From Carcharhinus longimanus (Eukaryota): a stretch of 64,000 nt of DNA. Position 1 is the first letter of the stretch. Each line of letters starts with the position of its first letter. Where the stretch lies: positions 58,500,236 to 58,564,235 of the forward strand of contig JASCQW010000032.1 of NCBI GenBank assembly GCA_030264375.1, given 5' to 3'. The notes beneath the pieces are model-generated. The model saw only the letters and a list, made by a program, of their open reading frames with translations. It searched no databases and was not told the DNA's origin. Shown here one piece after another: positions 35,887-50,025 of the stretch. The position numbers and the translations under genes were made by a program.

Positions 35887-36178
35887 AGAATCATAGAATT
35901 CTTACAGTGCAGAAGGAGGCCATTCGACCCATTGAGTCTGCACTGACAACAATCCAACCCAGGCCCTTTTCCCATAACCCCATGTACTTACCCTGCGAGT
36001 CTCCCTGACACTAAGGGGCAATTTACCATGGTCAATCCAGTTAACCTGCACATCCTTGGGCAGTGAAAGGAAACTGGAGCACCTGGAGGAAACAGACACG
36101 GGAAGAACCAAACAAACAGTCACCCAGAATTGAACCACATCCCTGGTGCTGAGAGGAAGCAGTGCTAACCATGCCATC
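35887..36178 (-). mobile_element. V-SINE (HE1-like)
   Basis: agaatcatagaattcttacagtgcagaaggaggccattcg...cagtgctaaccatgcc. Confidence 0.85.
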
Positions 36179-36734
36179 CAGATAACTGAATTATAGCTGG
36201 TGCTTGACAGCATACAATACAGATGTACATTATCAAACTGTTTTGGATTTTCCTTTCCTGTTGTAAAAATATCCAGTCTAAAAATACACGTAGATTGGAG
36301 TGTTTCGGGACGTTCACCACAAGCAAAAAGATAAGCATTTGATTTTCCTTTACCTGTGGGTGATTATAGAACACAATGGTTGCTTTCCTCCTGGTGCCTT
36401 CATGATAAAGGGTAATAGGGGTGAGTCAGTGAAATGACTGATATAAGCCACTTTTATTTTCCTTTGCACAAACGCAGCTGACCATGAACTCGCATGGCAA
36501 AGTCTCCGGATGGACTCCTTCTGCACTATAGGGATTCTATTGTTCTATATATTAAACACGAAAATTGTCCATCTCAAGAATGCACGGCTGTAAACGCATC
36601 TTCTATAAACCAGGACTTCAGTTGTGTGCTTACCCAGCATTTAGGGCAAATCAAAAATATTGTTATTTAATGGAAAATCAGTTTGAATGGCCTGTTGACA
36701 TCATCCTTCACTGGCCCAACGTATAATTCAAAAG

Positions 36735-37543
36735 ATTAAATTCAGATTGGGTCAATGAGCCCAGATTAGAGATAAAGAATCTGGTGAACTTGTGTAACGA
36801 TAATAATCTCTTCCTCAAAGTCAACAAAACAAAGGAGATAGACACGACTTCAGAGAGTGTAGCAGAGGGCATGCCCTGTCTACGTCAATGGGAATGTCTA
36901 CATCAGTAGAATTGGTCGAGAGTTTCAAGTTTCTAGGTGTCCAGATCACCAACAACCTGCCCTTGTCCCTCCATGCCAATGCTATAGTTAAGAAAGCCCA
37001 CCAATGCCTCTACTTTCTCAGAACATTAAAGAAATTTGGCATGTCTGCTACTATGGTTTACAGATGCACCATAGAAAGCATTTTTTCTGGTTGTATCACA
37101 GCTTGATATGGTGTTTGCTCTGTCCAAGACCACGAAAAACTACAAAGCATCTTGAACAAACCCCAGTCCATCACACAAACCAGCCTCCATCCACTGACTC
37201 TGTCTACACTTCTTGCTGCTTCGGAAAAGTGGTCAGCATAATCAAGGACCTCATGCACCCGGACATTCTGCCTTCCACCTTCTTCATCAGGAAAAAGATA
37301 CGAAAGTCTGAGGTCATGTACCAACTGGCTAAAGAACAGCTCCTTCCCTGCTGCCATCATACTTTTGAATGGACCTACCTCATATTAAGTTGATCCTTCT
37401 CTATATCCTAGCTATGACTGTAACACTACATTCTGCACTCTCTCCTTTCCTCTTCTATGTATAATATGCTTTGTCTGGATAGAACACAAGAAACAATACT
37501 TTTCACTGTAAATTAATACATGTGACAATAAATTAAATCAAAT
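36735..37543 (+). mobile_element. Rex1/Babar LINE 3' part
   Basis: VESFKFLGVQITNNL..KKAHQCLYFLRTLKKF..YRCTIESI; tail tgtgacaataaattaaatcaaat. Confidence 0.88.
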
Positions 37544-39124
37544 TAGCCTGATCCTGAGGGTAACAAGAACAACAACTTGGTATGGAATGTACTCATGTAC
37601 ATATTAATCAGGTCAAGTCACTAACTTTGAATATTATTCAATGTTAATTTCATTGTCTTGTTTTATGGATGATCTTTACAAAACCGCTTGTTGGTTAATG
37701 GATTCCCATTATGACTGCTCCATTAAAATATTTATTTCAGTAGATGTACAAGTGTAATCCCAGGCTCAGGTCAGATCATGGTTAAATGAGGTCAGCTATT
37801 ATGTAGGCAAAGAGAAGGAACTTTGCGTGCAGACTAGAGTTTGTTGCAGATTATTTTGCCAATTTCAATAATCCTGCTTACAAGCTTCAGGTCAAGGAAA
37901 TGCTGGCACAGCATCAATATTTTGAAAGCATTGTTTGTAATTTAGTGATATAAAAATTGCAGCTCATTTGCTCAGGGGTCCTCACCCAGAAGATGCTGAT
38001 TTCTGCAACCCAGTTTTGTTTTTGAAATGAAAATCTGAAAAATAGGGCAGAACAAAGCAGTTCCCAGCGACTTTATCACTATTTGGAAAAGAGCATGCAC
38101 TCCCAGATAAATGACGTGTTTATCCAAAAGGAAGTCTCCACCCTTCTCAAGCACCGTCTGTTTGTTCCTTAGCTGCAACTGTTTTCAGATCCTGACTAGT
38201 CTCAGTTGCAAGGCAGCTCCCAGACTAGCTTCCTGTCTCTGGTGTAGTTTGTTTTCTCTTATAGGTGCAATGGCTATCCAGGGGGAATGACCATCAGTTC
38301 AAATCAAATCATTCTTGCTTTTTGTCCTGCGTCCTGTCCCATTTTGGACCAGTGCCATTTTGGAATTGTCAACTTAATTCCTTCACTGAAAAATCGGCAC
38401 GCTAGGCATACATGTGCCAGCAGTCTGGACTGGGTGAACAACTAGGTGAGACAAGGCATTTCAGAAGAAATAAGCACTTGATTCATCTACTTTAATTGGC
38501 GTGCAGTTCATTTAATTTCTACAAGTTAAACAACTAGTCCATTTTTACAGACAGAACTGAACTTCACCGAATTAACCATTTTAGGGTTAAGTTTTGGTAT
38601 CATACAATAAAAGATTAATTTTTCCACAAGAGATTGAAATCCTAAAGATAGTACAAAATTCCCTTGCAGTATTTGCTTACAATATACATTTACTATTGTA
38701 GAAAGCTTTGATTAGAAATGGAAATGTGTTATAATATTTCGAAGGGAGTGAGAGGCACAATATTTTGGAGTTGCAAAAAGAAATGTCCCAGAATTATAGG
38801 ACACAAGGCCATGTGTATCACTTTGGAAACAATGAGCTCCTTAAGTTAGCCACAGCCCCAGAGGAAGGTAATAAAAAGCAGCCCAGTCCTGGAAGAAAAT
38901 TGTAAAGGGAGTCTTTAAGGGGTAGCGCCTGTGTGCACCACCTGGAAGTCAGGCCCAGAGTTTCATTGGTAACAGTCTGGAAACAGCTGGACTGTCTTAC
39001 CACATTCTTAACTCATGTGCGCATTTTGCAGCACAGTTTAAAAGGTGGAAAGAAAGAAAACATGACCAAAATTTCCAGTTATTTTTCTACATGAAACAGA
39101 AAACAGACTCCAAACAGACTTTCT

Positions 39125-39404
39125 GGGCTGGAATTCTCTGGCCGTTCACACTGCCGCTGCCAGCGAGAAGGGAGAATTTGGCGCTCAGCCAAATCTCCGT
39201 TCACAGNNNNNNNNNNNNNNNNNNNNNNNNNNNNNNNNNNNNNNNNNNNNNNNNNNNNNNNNNNNNNNNNNNNNNNNNNNNNNNNNNNNNNNNNNNNNNN
39301 NNNNNNGCCAGCGAGAAGGGAGAATTTGGCGCTCAGCCAAATCTCCGTTCACAGCAGTGGGACTGGAGAACCCCGCTGGTGTGCAGGGCCAAAGAATTCC
39401 ACCC
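39125..39404. mobile_element. MITE with GGG-type TIRs and 3-bp TSD (PIF/Harbinger-like), split by a 100-N gap
   Basis: Ends gggctggaattct and agaattccaccc, flanked by TCT on both sides; internal hairpin ggagaatttggcgctcagccaaatctcc. Confidence 0.6.
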
Positions 39405-40059
39405 TCTGTTTCCAACAATATCAAAAACAGATCAAAGCACATTTAACATTACAGTTATCAGCCCGACCCCCAGCCTGCCAATGGCACTAACTGGACAGGA
39501 AATGATCCTTTCACCTGTTGAGAAAAACCCCATCAAATGTTCTGGAGCTTTCAACTTTCCATTTGTTCATCATTTCAAGAGTATTTTTTCCTTCTTCTTT
39601 TAGGTTATAAGTGACACTTGTACTAATGATCCAGCAAACTGATGCTCTACTGATTGGGGTCTGAAAATAATAGATGGTTGAAGAATTTAAAATGCTCATA
39701 CCAAATTTATGCACAAATCCACAACGTGGAGTTTCGTAATTTTCTGAACTTGTTTATCCAAAGATTCCTGAGAATGAAGGCCTAATGATGAAAGGTAATA
39801 TGAGATCCTGCTTAAACAATATAGGCCCCTTAGCATGGCAGGGTGCAAGTTGTGGTAATTCACTAATCCCCTAAATGATTATTCTATTTGTGAAAGACTT
39901 CTTCCAATAGTAAATATGTTAACCATTTATCCTTCAAATTGAAGAATATTTATGTTTTTAGACATGCAGTTAAGTGCCTGTAATCCCTTTGTCCTACACT
40001 TAATTGCTACAACATTTCAAAATTCCGTCAACAGAAAAGAAAGATAATCTGAAATTACA

Positions 40060-40242
40060 ATAGGGTCTGGAATGCACTGCCTGGAAATGTGGAGGAGGCA
40101 TTCAAGAGGGCATTACATGATCATTTGAATAGAAACAACAGGGAAAAAGCAGGGGAACGGCACTAAATCATGATGCTCGTTTGGAGAGTTGGTGCAGACA
40201 CGATGGGTCAACCAGACTAGTTTGCACGCTAACAATTCTGTG
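40060..40242 (+). mobile_element. CR1 3' tail fragment
   Basis: gggtctggaatgcactgcctgga...ggtgcagacacgatggg...aacaattctgtga. Confidence 0.65.
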
Positions 40243-40294
40243 AATGTACAACAGTATAATTGAGGGATTTTTAATGTACATATCACCCAAATGA

Positions 40295-40395
40295 AAAAAG
40301 ACTTGCATTTATATGGTGCCTTTTTAGACTAACAGGACATCACAAAGCATCTTACAGCCAATTAAATACCCTTGTTGAATTGTAATGTAGGAATA
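40295..40395 (-). mobile_element. Deu-type SINE / L2 tail fragment
   Basis: gacttgcatttatatggtgccttt...ggacatcacaaagcatcttacagccaat. Confidence 0.55.
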
Positions 40396-42099
40396 TAACA
40401 CATGATTACATTTTACCAGTTAACCAAGAGCAACTGGATTAATATTGAGTGAAATAAAAACATTCAGCCTTATTTAATATTGCTTTCTATAATACACCTT
40501 ATACATTTAAACTCCAACTTCAAGTTATGAGACACTTTCTTCAATTCAGTACATATTAACTCAGTTTTGCTTTGAAGTCTTATCTCATCTCATCAAAAAG
40601 GTATTATAGAAAGTGGCTTGTTCAGCTAACAGGTGATTTTATTGAATAATGCAACAGTTAGATTTCTTCCTCCCCAGCATTTTGTAGTCACTATTCACAG
40701 AAACCATTTCCTGCAGCAAGATTCAACCCAACCACAATGTTCATGTGTTTTCACAATTGCATTGCTTGCAGGTTGTTCTTCTGCCAAATCTTTCCCCCAT
40801 CTCCAATATAAAACCACAAAGAAAACTTCAGCACTAAGCACATTCTGATTCCATTAGCACAGGAGGTTTCCACTTTTCAGATTTAACAAGATGTTCTTAT
40901 GGCTGTATTATACACCTGGTAATAATGTTAACAAAAGTCACAACAGCAATGCAGCAATTTCTTAATTTAATGAGAAGTCAGCAGCTATGCTATTTGCCAT
41001 AACAATGTTTATCTCTTCATCCAGACTTTATACTTATCTCTGGCTTACACAGTCACAGCACGTGAGTTTCCGGCTGGTTTATCTAATGGTAACTCTTGTA
41101 GCAATAGGAGTAGGTGATTTGGTCCCTCCAGCTTGTCCTGTTATTCAATGAGGTTGTGGTTGGTCAATATCCTAACTCCATTACCTGCTTTGATTCTATA
41201 TCCTATTATACTCTTGGTTGGCCAATATCCTTCAATCTCAAATGTAAAATTAGCTTCTATTGTTTTTATGGGGGAATCCCAAGGGGTGGAGTTTTCCTAT
41301 TTTGAAACTGAGTGTGGTGGTGGGCAGCTCCAATGGTGCCTTTCCCGCTGGCCAGAATGGCAGGATCCCACATCATATTCCACGCTTGGAAACTAATCAG
41401 ATAGACACTGCTGTGTGGCACCCAGGGGCAAAGAAACTCCTGTACTCCCCAACACCAGGCAGAGTACTGATCTGAGACGGTGACACATGAAGACCCATGG
41501 GTCCAGCAGCATGGTGCTGTCCATGAAGACCAGCTCAGCATGGAGATGAAGAGCAGGAACTGGTCTACCCCAGCAAAGTGGTGAACAGTGCAGTACTAGT
41601 GCTGTGTTGCACTCACCCTGAAATCTCTGATGAATTGAAGATCACCANNNNNNNNNNNNNNNNNNNNNNNNNNNNNNNNNNNNNNNNNNNNNNNNNNNNN
41701 NNNNNNNNNNNNNNNNNNNNNNNNNNNNNNNNNNNNNNNNNNNNNNNAGATCACCAAGTACACACCACCCTTTAGTAGTCAGGTTTTAGGCTGATATAAT
41801 TTCCCATTGGCATGACACAAAGTTGAAAGGCCTGACAGGGGCAGCTGTTTTAATGAGCATTCATGAGATGCAAATAGAATTCAAACCACCAGCCAACGGG
41901 AAGACTGACCCACCATTAATCTGCCATTTGGGGAACTGCTATGCAATTTTGGGCCACAGGTTTCTGACTCTTTGGCTCCTGCTAGATTCTCCACTCCCTC
42001 CCACCACCAAACACGTTGTGGACAGGATGGGAGAATTCCACCCAAAGTTCTACCACTCTTTTCATGTAGCACTGTTTTCTAACATCATTCCTGAAAGGC

Positions 42100-43700
42100 C
42101 TGACTCTGATTTGAAGGTTATGAGCCTTTCATCCAGATCCCTCACAGATAGATTTAAGCTTCTCTTCACCCAACCAATTCCTTTCAAAATCCATAAAAAT
42201 CTCAATTAAATCATCCCTTAACTTTCTATATTCCAAGGAAGACAAACCTAGCTTATGTAATCTCTCTTCATAATTGTTGGAGCAAAAGGTAACATTCTGG
42301 TGAATCCAAGCTGTGCACCTTCCAATGTCCGTGCGAGTGGTATGGCTCCCAGAACTTTACCCAGTGTATTCCAGTAGTCAAACCAGGGCTTTAGATAGCG
42401 GAAGCACAATGATCTTCCATTTACGTTTTTGTCCTCTAGTTATAAAAGTGAACATTTCATTAGCTTTTTGACTTTTGTTTTGGTATCCGACTGCTGCATA
42501 TTATTTGATCTTCACATGAAGGCATGAATTTCCGTGAACCTCCACTTTTCCTAGCTTTTCACCACTGAAATAATACTCAGATCTATTCTTTGTAGGTCCA
42601 AAATGAATGCCCTCTTACTTACCAGTATTCAAACTGATCCAAAATAATTTCACCCACTCATTTGCTATCAATGTCTCTTTGTAGCTTTATTCTCATGTCT
42701 ATGCTACTTACTATACTACCAATCTTTGTGTCATTGGCAATCTTGATGGCTCTCAATTGTCATTAATAGAGAATAATTAAGGACATGGCACAGATTCTCA
42801 TGGGACATCACCCGTCTCTTTTTTCCAATTTGAGTAAACCACATTATGTACTACTCATCAGCTTCTATTAAAAATCCAATCTCTGAGGGCAAAACCATGC
42901 ATTCAATTCTATAGGCTTTAATATTTGCTGTCTCCAATGTGAAATCTCCTTGAATGCTTTCTGGAAGTTCATTTAAACTACATCTATAAACATTACCCTG
43001 CCTACTAACTTTCATTACTTCCTCATGACCTACATTTATAAATCCATGTCACCTCTCAAATCAGTTCATCTCTCACTGTGCCTAGTCACTTTGCCCTTAA
43101 TTACAAATTCCACCAATTGATGTTGGAATAATTAGTCTATAATTTCCTTTTTCCTCTCCCTCACCCTTCTTAAATAACGAAACTGCATTTACAATTATAC
43201 AATCTAAAGAAACAATACCTGATTTGAGAGAACCTTAGAGGATTACGACTAAAATATCTGCAATTGCTTCGCCTACTTCCTTTAAAACCAAGGCGTGGAA
43301 ACCATCAAGTCAGTCTTTAATACCATTACTTTTTCTACTAATATTTTTTTGCTTACATTAACTTTAGTGAGTCCTTGACTCATAAGGAATTTCCCTAATA
43401 TGTCAGGATGTTATCCTCTTCCTCTATTGGGAAGACTGCAACTATATAGCAAATCTACCATTTCCTTACTTTCATTTGGAATTTTAGCCGCTTCTGTTTT
43501 TAAAAGGCCCACATTGCCCTTGACTAAGTTTGTTCTTCAAGTGTAATTGTAAATCCTTGTTGTGGTAATCTAGATACCCTTTGCCAATTCCTTTTCTTTT
43601 ACCCCTTTTGGAATTTACATTTCTTTTATTTTCTTCCTATGCAAGTTCTTTGTATCTTTCCCCATCCCAGAGAAGTTACACCATTCTTTGCACCTTTATG
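42100..43700 (-). mobile_element. Old CR1-clade LINE RT region, highly decayed
   Basis: Antisense RT hallmarks: ccaatctttgtgtcattggcaa (FADDTKIG-like), tgaatgctttctggaagttc (DFQKAF-like) and attagtctataatttcc (NYRLI-like). Confidence 0.6.
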
Positions 43701-44006
43701 TGACCATAAACATTTCATGCCTGCACTGATTTTCGCACATCAGATGTAACATTGCCTGCATTGTGATGTTTTCATTATGACTCAGAAGACAGCATTCCTC
43801 ACAGGGTCTACAGGAACCAGTCCAATCTTGCTCAGTTCTGAGGTTATACGTGTTCTTTTTGCTTCGCATGATTATAAAAATCACTACATGAGCCCTCCTA
43901 TTCTCTCCCCCATCCACACCCTTCTGACTTCCATCCTCTGAAAAAAATATGTGATAGCACAATTTATTTTTATATGCCAAGCAGTAAAGATGTCAAAACT
44001 CTCTAA

Positions 44007-44325
44007 TCAGCACTGCGGCACTGCTGCCTCACAGTCCAGGAATCTTGGTTCAATTCCAACCTCGGGTGACTGTGTGGAGTTTGCACATTCTCCCCGTGTG
44101 GGCATGGGTTTCCTCTGGGTGCTCCAGTTTTCTCACACAATCCAAAGACGTGCAGGTCAGGTGGATTGACCATGCTGAATTACCCCTTAATGTCCAAAAG
44201 TGTGTAGGTAAAGTGGGTTAATGGAATTGGCCTGGCAGAAGGGTTGTGTGGGCCTCGGTAAGATACTGAGTCGGTGCAGACTTGATGGGCTGAATGGCCT
44301 CCTTTGCACTGTAGGGATTCTATGG
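44007..44325 (+). mobile_element. V-SINE (HE1-like)
   Basis: gcactgctgcctcacagtccagg...gatgggctgaatggcctcctttgcactgtagggattctatg. Confidence 0.88.
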
Positions 44326-46339
44326 AATAACAAACGCGATGAAATGAGGATAGACTGAGGTTGTTTTCCTTGTCTGCTGCTGGATCTACAACATAAACAA
44401 AGGAACTAACTTGAAACATTGGCTGTTTGTTGTGAAGACCTGACACTCAGTACTGGAGAAAGAGATGTTTCCATATCTGCCACTGCTGACTTCTCAGCAG
44501 GTCCTCAAAGTATCAAACAGGCAGAGAAAGGGCATGGACCGCTCACTAGTTATGGTTATTGTTATCTCTCTCCAGTGTGCCTCCACCTTCTGCTGAAACT
44601 TCTCCAGCTGCTTTCAAAGGTTTCTTCGCTCCAAGGTTTCTTCAATAAAACCAATGTGCCTTTTTACATCAATATCTCCATGGCTGCCACCATGTTAAGA
44701 GATGTGCCTTTCTGTGTCCTTTTCTAGACATGGGACTTAATTCTCGGGTGGACTGCAGACATGCTCTGGCATCAGATTAACACTTGCTTATTGGTACAAC
44801 ATCTAAACAAACTACAGAGTAGTCACATTGCTCCTAGTCATGATCCCAATCTCTCTCGTCCAATACAATGGAGAGAGAGAGAGAATAATCCATAGCTGAT
44901 TGCTGTCAGTAGTAAACCATCATCTACATCATACATTAGCATATGCCATCTCATAACTCTTCATGCTACAAAACTTTATGACCCCAATCAGGCCTGAGGG
45001 GATGGCTCAGAGGGATTGCAAGATGTGAAGGACACTATCGTCTGAGCAATGTAAAAGACACTTAAATGTAGCTGATCTTACTTTTCCAGCACAATTCACA
45101 CACAGTAGCAGCAATCCCAAAATTGAATCAGTTCAGGAGAAAGGACACCCTAGACAGATTTTCTCTGACGATGCTGAAAGAATTAGGATATCAAAAATTG
45201 CATCTTGTGCACTGGTCAAATTTAAGCAGTAATGTTTTTGCTAAGTATGTAAAGGGTACTTCATATAATTATTTTCCATATACTCGTGATAAAAGTCTAA
45301 TTAAAATAACTTAAAGCAGCCATGCAGTAACACAAGCTTTAAATAGGACCTCTCTAAAATGCTTTAAAGTTAAACAATACAATAGACAGGATATTCCATT
45401 AATCTTTTCATTAAATATTATTTTGTCAGTTATCTAAGATCCTCTTTCCCAATAACACAAATAACTGGTTTGGCCTCCTAAAGTCCTAAGTTCATTGAGC
45501 GCAAAAACCAAGTGCTCTGTGCACATCAATACACTAAAAACTGTAATCCTCATCCAACTAATGGGAAACACCAGGGGAGATAGATATAAAGGATACACAA
45601 TTGCCTAACACAAGTGAGGCTAGGAACATATAAGCCAACACTGTCAAATCCTTCGCAGCTTCTAAAATTATAATGAGAAAGAATAATGAGTAGCATGATC
45701 AGTTCCTTCACAATGTATGTTATTTGCATGCGCACACGCAGTCATTATTCTGTGGCCTGAACTTTCACTATCAGGGAGAGCTGCCCCATCATGGTAAAAA
45801 TGGAAGGCAAGCCCAGAAATCCTAAATCCTGCCCCCAAACAAGGCACTTCCTATTTTCACAGCAGCAGGAATGGGGTTGGGTGGGGTTCACCCAGAGGTA
45901 GCTGGCCATTTAAATCATCACATACTATCTGATTATTTCATTTAGGATGAAACATTAATGTTGGCCAAATACAGTATACAATTTGGAACTTGTGAAAATG
46001 TGAAGCTAATTCACTCAGCAACACACTATTTATTTGTAAAAGCATAAAAGAGTAAATTTGGAGATGCATTAAATATATTGGCGCAAATCTTCTGGGTCTC
46101 CGGATAGTCAGAGATTGAATACACTGTGGAAGATGTGCTCAGGGAACCCCTGGAAATAAGGTTTCGAATCCTAATTGGAAGCTCTAAGCCAGTAGTGAAT
46201 AATTGTGAGAAAGATACTAGCTTTCCAATGCCACCTCAATTGCATTACTTTATATTCGTCCAAGGGATCTAAATTTACACAATGATCTAAATTGGATATG
46301 TGCCCTTTTAAAACTGATAGATAGATTGTATCAGTTAGG

Positions 46340-46761
46340 ATTTTATTCACTGGAGTTTAGAAGAATCGTGGGTTTCTCATAGAAAATTATAAAATTCTAA
46401 CAGGGCTAGACAGGGTCAAGATGCAGGAAGGATGTCCCTGATGGCAGGAGAGTCCAGAACCGGGGGTAACAGTCTGAGGATACAGGCTAGACTATTTAGG
46501 ACTGAGATGAGGAGAAATTTCTTCACCCAGAGAGTGATGAGCCTGTGAAATTCTCTACCGGAGAAAGCAGTTAAGGCCAAAACAATGTTTGTTTTCAAGA
46601 AGGAGTTAAATATAAATGTTGGGCTGAAGGTGCTCAAGGGACATGGGGGAAAAGTGGGAACAAGTTACTCAGTTGAATGATCAGCCATTATCATAATGAA
46701 TGGCGGAGAACACCTAAAGGGCTGAATGGCCTACTCCTGCACTATTTTCAATGTTTCTATG
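46340..46761 (+). mobile_element. CR1 LINE 3' end
   Basis: tattcactggagtttagaagaat...ttcttcacccagagagtg...gggctgaatggcctactcctgc. Confidence 0.85.
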
Positions 46762-47674
46762 AGCAATGTTACATTATTTTCAATTGTATCATAAACTTCT
46801 AAAGATGTTTGGTTTTCTTCTTCTGAGGCAAGGAAGCGAGGGGTGGGGGGAAATCTTCTTGTGTATTAATTCTGTTTTAGTAATGTATTAATACTTACTG
46901 AATTAAAGATCTAAACTAAATTTATGAAAACCTTGATATTTTCAATTTGTGCACACTGGATTAAAAGTCTGAATTTGTCCGAAATTCATTCAAAATCAAC
47001 AGTTGTCTCAGTGGTCAAAGTAGCTACCCAATTTTAGATATGAAGGGTGGAAAATGATAACTGGCAAAGGCCTGCAGCCATGAAGTAATTTTCTCATTGT
47101 TCTGAAATCTGGGTGAAGCAAGGTTACACCCAGATATTATAAACACAGCTCATTATAAAGCCAAGGAGTTGATGTGCTCTCTGATTAGTGTATCTAATTG
47201 AAAAAATAAAAATAAATCCACAGAGACATCTCACTGTATCTGGTAATCTCAAACCGCCTCTTTCCTGTAAAGACAACTCGCAGACTTAAAATTTTCAGTC
47301 CATATCATGGGCTGTCAATACCCTTAAGAACAGATGCACCCTGTTCCAAACAGACGGCAGTAAAGGGACACTTATTTTTGATAACTTAAGTACCATTTAC
47401 TGTAATAAGGCAGCTTTGACTGGTGTGACTCAGGAGTAAACTCATAAACCCAAGAGATCTGGATGTGGGCGTTTTTCAAATTGATTTCCCACTACCCGAA
47501 TTTGATGCAGTCTGAATCAAACTAGTTTGAATGTAAGTGCTACTTTAAAAGAAATGGTAGTTCAACAATGTAAATAATTATTGGTGGTTCAAAGAGAGCA
47601 GGGTAAAAATTTTACTCTTTTCTCTGATGGGAGAATGGATGAATTGTATTTGAAGCAAAGTATCATATTACCAC

Positions 47675-48492
47675 AAGACCATAAGATCTAGCAGCAGAAT
47701 TAGGCCACTCGGCCCATCGAGTCTGCTCCACCATTCAATCATGGCTGATTTTTTTTCTCATCCCCATTCTCCTGCCTTTTCCCCATAACCCCTGACCCCC
47801 TTATTAATCAAGAATCTATCTGTCTCTGTCTTAAAGACACTCAGTGACCTGGCCTCCACAGCCTTCTGCGGCAAAGAGTTCCACAGATTCCCCACTCTCN
47901 NNNNNNNNNNNNNNNNNNNNNNNNNNNNNNNNNNNNNNNNNNNNNNNNNNNNNNNNNNNNNNNNNNNNNNNNNNNNNNNNNNNNNNNNNNNNNNNNNNNN
48001 NNNNNNNNNNNNNNNNNNNNNNNNNNNNNNNNNNNNNNNNNNNNNNNNNNNNNNNNNNNNNNNNNNNNNNNNNNNNNNNNNNNNNNNNNNNNNNNNNNNN
48101 NNNNNNNNNNNNNNNNNNNNNNNNNNNNNNNNNNGGATCATTCTTGTGAACCTCCTCTGGACCCTTTCCAAAGCCAGCACATCCTTCCTTAGATATGGGG
48201 CCCAAACTGCTCACAATACTCTAAATGGGGTCTGACCAGAGCCTTATACAGCCTCAAAAGTACATTCCTGCGCTTGTATTCTAGCCCCCTCGACATGAAT
48301 GCTAACATTGCATTTGCCTTCCTAACTGCCGACTGAACCTACACATTAAGAGAATCTGGAACAATGACGCCCAAGTCCCTTTGTGTTTCTGATTTCCTAA
48401 GCATTTTCCCATTCAGAAAATAGTCTATGCCACCATTCCTCCTTTCAAAATGCATATCTTCACACTTTTTCACATTGTATTCCATTTGCATT
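47675..48492 (-). mobile_element. CR1 LINE 3' part containing a gap
   Basis: MLALERVQRRFTRMI and RVGNLWNSLPQKAVEARSLSVFKTE; very similar to 56805-57220. Confidence 0.9.
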
Positions 48493-48729
48493 ATACATGG
48501 AAAAGAGAAGGAAGTGCATTTCACAACCAATACCCAAAGAGTGGCATGATATGAAACTCACTATCACAGAAAGTAGTTTTAAGTGAATTGATGCGGTTAA
48601 GTAGAGGGTATACAAGCATTCAGGGAGGAGGGAACAAAGGGTTACGATGGTAGATTTAGATGAAGAAAGATGGGAAGCAGTTTGAATGGAGCATAAACTC
48701 CATCGTGGACTAGTTGGACTGAATTATCC

Positions 48730-48905
48730 TATGTAAAAGCACATTGCAACCATTTAATTACTTCTTAATGTCGTCAATGTTGTAATGCCAGATAGAACAT
48801 TAGCCAATTCATGCATAGCAAGATCCCACAAACAACAATGAAATTCAAATCAAATAATCTGCTTTAGTGATGTTGATTGAGGGATGAAATATTGGCCAGG
48901 AAAGC
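48730..48905 (-). mobile_element. Deu-type SINE fragment
   Basis: agccaattcatgcatagcaagatcccacaaacaacaatg...gatgttgattgagggatgaaatattggccagg. Confidence 0.6.
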
Positions 48906-48999
48906 AAAGATGAGAATTCATTAAATAGCAACATGGAGGGACAAAGAAGAATCAGAGAAATCATGAATCAATGGTGGACTGAGAAAGCTAAGTAGCTGC

Positions 49000-49340
49000 A
49001 ACTTCTCGCCAACTACCAAAGGAAATCTTCTTCACCCTGCTGAAGTAAGGCTCCTGAACAAGAGGAGGATGAAGGAAGTGCTTCAAAGACACCCTGAAGG
49101 CTTACCTCAAGAAAGGCAACATTGATGCCAACATCTGGAACAACATTGCTCAGAAGAGGAACCTCCTGATTAAATGGAGGCAATTCTTTGACAATACTTG
49201 ATGGCAAGAGGAGGTCTGGGGAAGATGCCTGAGAAAGGAATATCAGTGATCTCGAGTTCAAGGGCCAATTCCACCTCCCAGAAATGTGACTCTAAGTTTG
49301 AGCTTATCAGTTATGCAAGGACGCACAGAACCCATGACCG
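49000..49340 (+). mobile_element. RTE-clade LINE 3' fragment
   Basis: LPKEIFF...FKDTLKAYLKKGNIDANIWNNIAQ, typical of the RTE C-terminus. Confidence 0.6.
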
Positions 49341-49834
49341 ATGACACAGAGTTTCTTAGGTGGACGATTGGACTTATTAGCGAGAGATTGCCAAAGGGGA
49401 TTGGCCAGGACAATTCTACAATCCATACCCACTAATGTGGAAAGTGTATAGAGAGAAAAAGGTGCATATGTGCATCAAAATATGACCTTCAATGATAATT
49501 GATACAGTTAAAAATGTAAGTAATATTTGTATCAAATCAACAATTTAATGAAATGGTTGGTGGTATTATCACTGCTGGATAAGAAGCATTTAGATTACTG
49601 TAGAACATCTACTTCTACGCTGAAAGTGCAACTACATTACATTGTTTACAACATTGGTACTGTCTCTATCTCTGCAAAATGCATAGCTTAAATACAATAT
49701 GAACCCTACAACACCATGAAGATCTTGGAGTGTGGGACAGTTTTAGACCAGTCACAGTATTGATCACAATCACAGTCATAATCTATTTCACAATGCTTCC
49801 TCCCTTCTTTCTCTCCCACAAATGACAGGTAAAT

Positions 49835-50025
49835 GTCAAGTTAGCATAGTCCCAGATGACCAGATGCATTGACTGGTGGTGATTTAACCTGAGCATCACC
49901 ACATCTCAGGCAAGTGGCAAGGTTGACAGGACAGGGTCTTCATGAATAACCTCAGCTAGTTTGGAAATTGAACCCGCACAGTTGGTGTTGCTAACCAGCT
50001 ATCCAGCCAACTAAGCTAAACCAAT
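49835..50025 (-). mobile_element. tRNA-derived SINE of another family
   Basis: Reversed head ggtttagcttagttggctggatagctggtt with B-box gggttcaatttcc. Confidence 0.55.

Noticed and set aside
39159-39354. Exact 48-bp direct repeat on both sides of a 100-N gap
   Set aside because: Most likely overlapping contig ends, an assembly artefact. The same applies to agatcacca flanking the gap near 41648.
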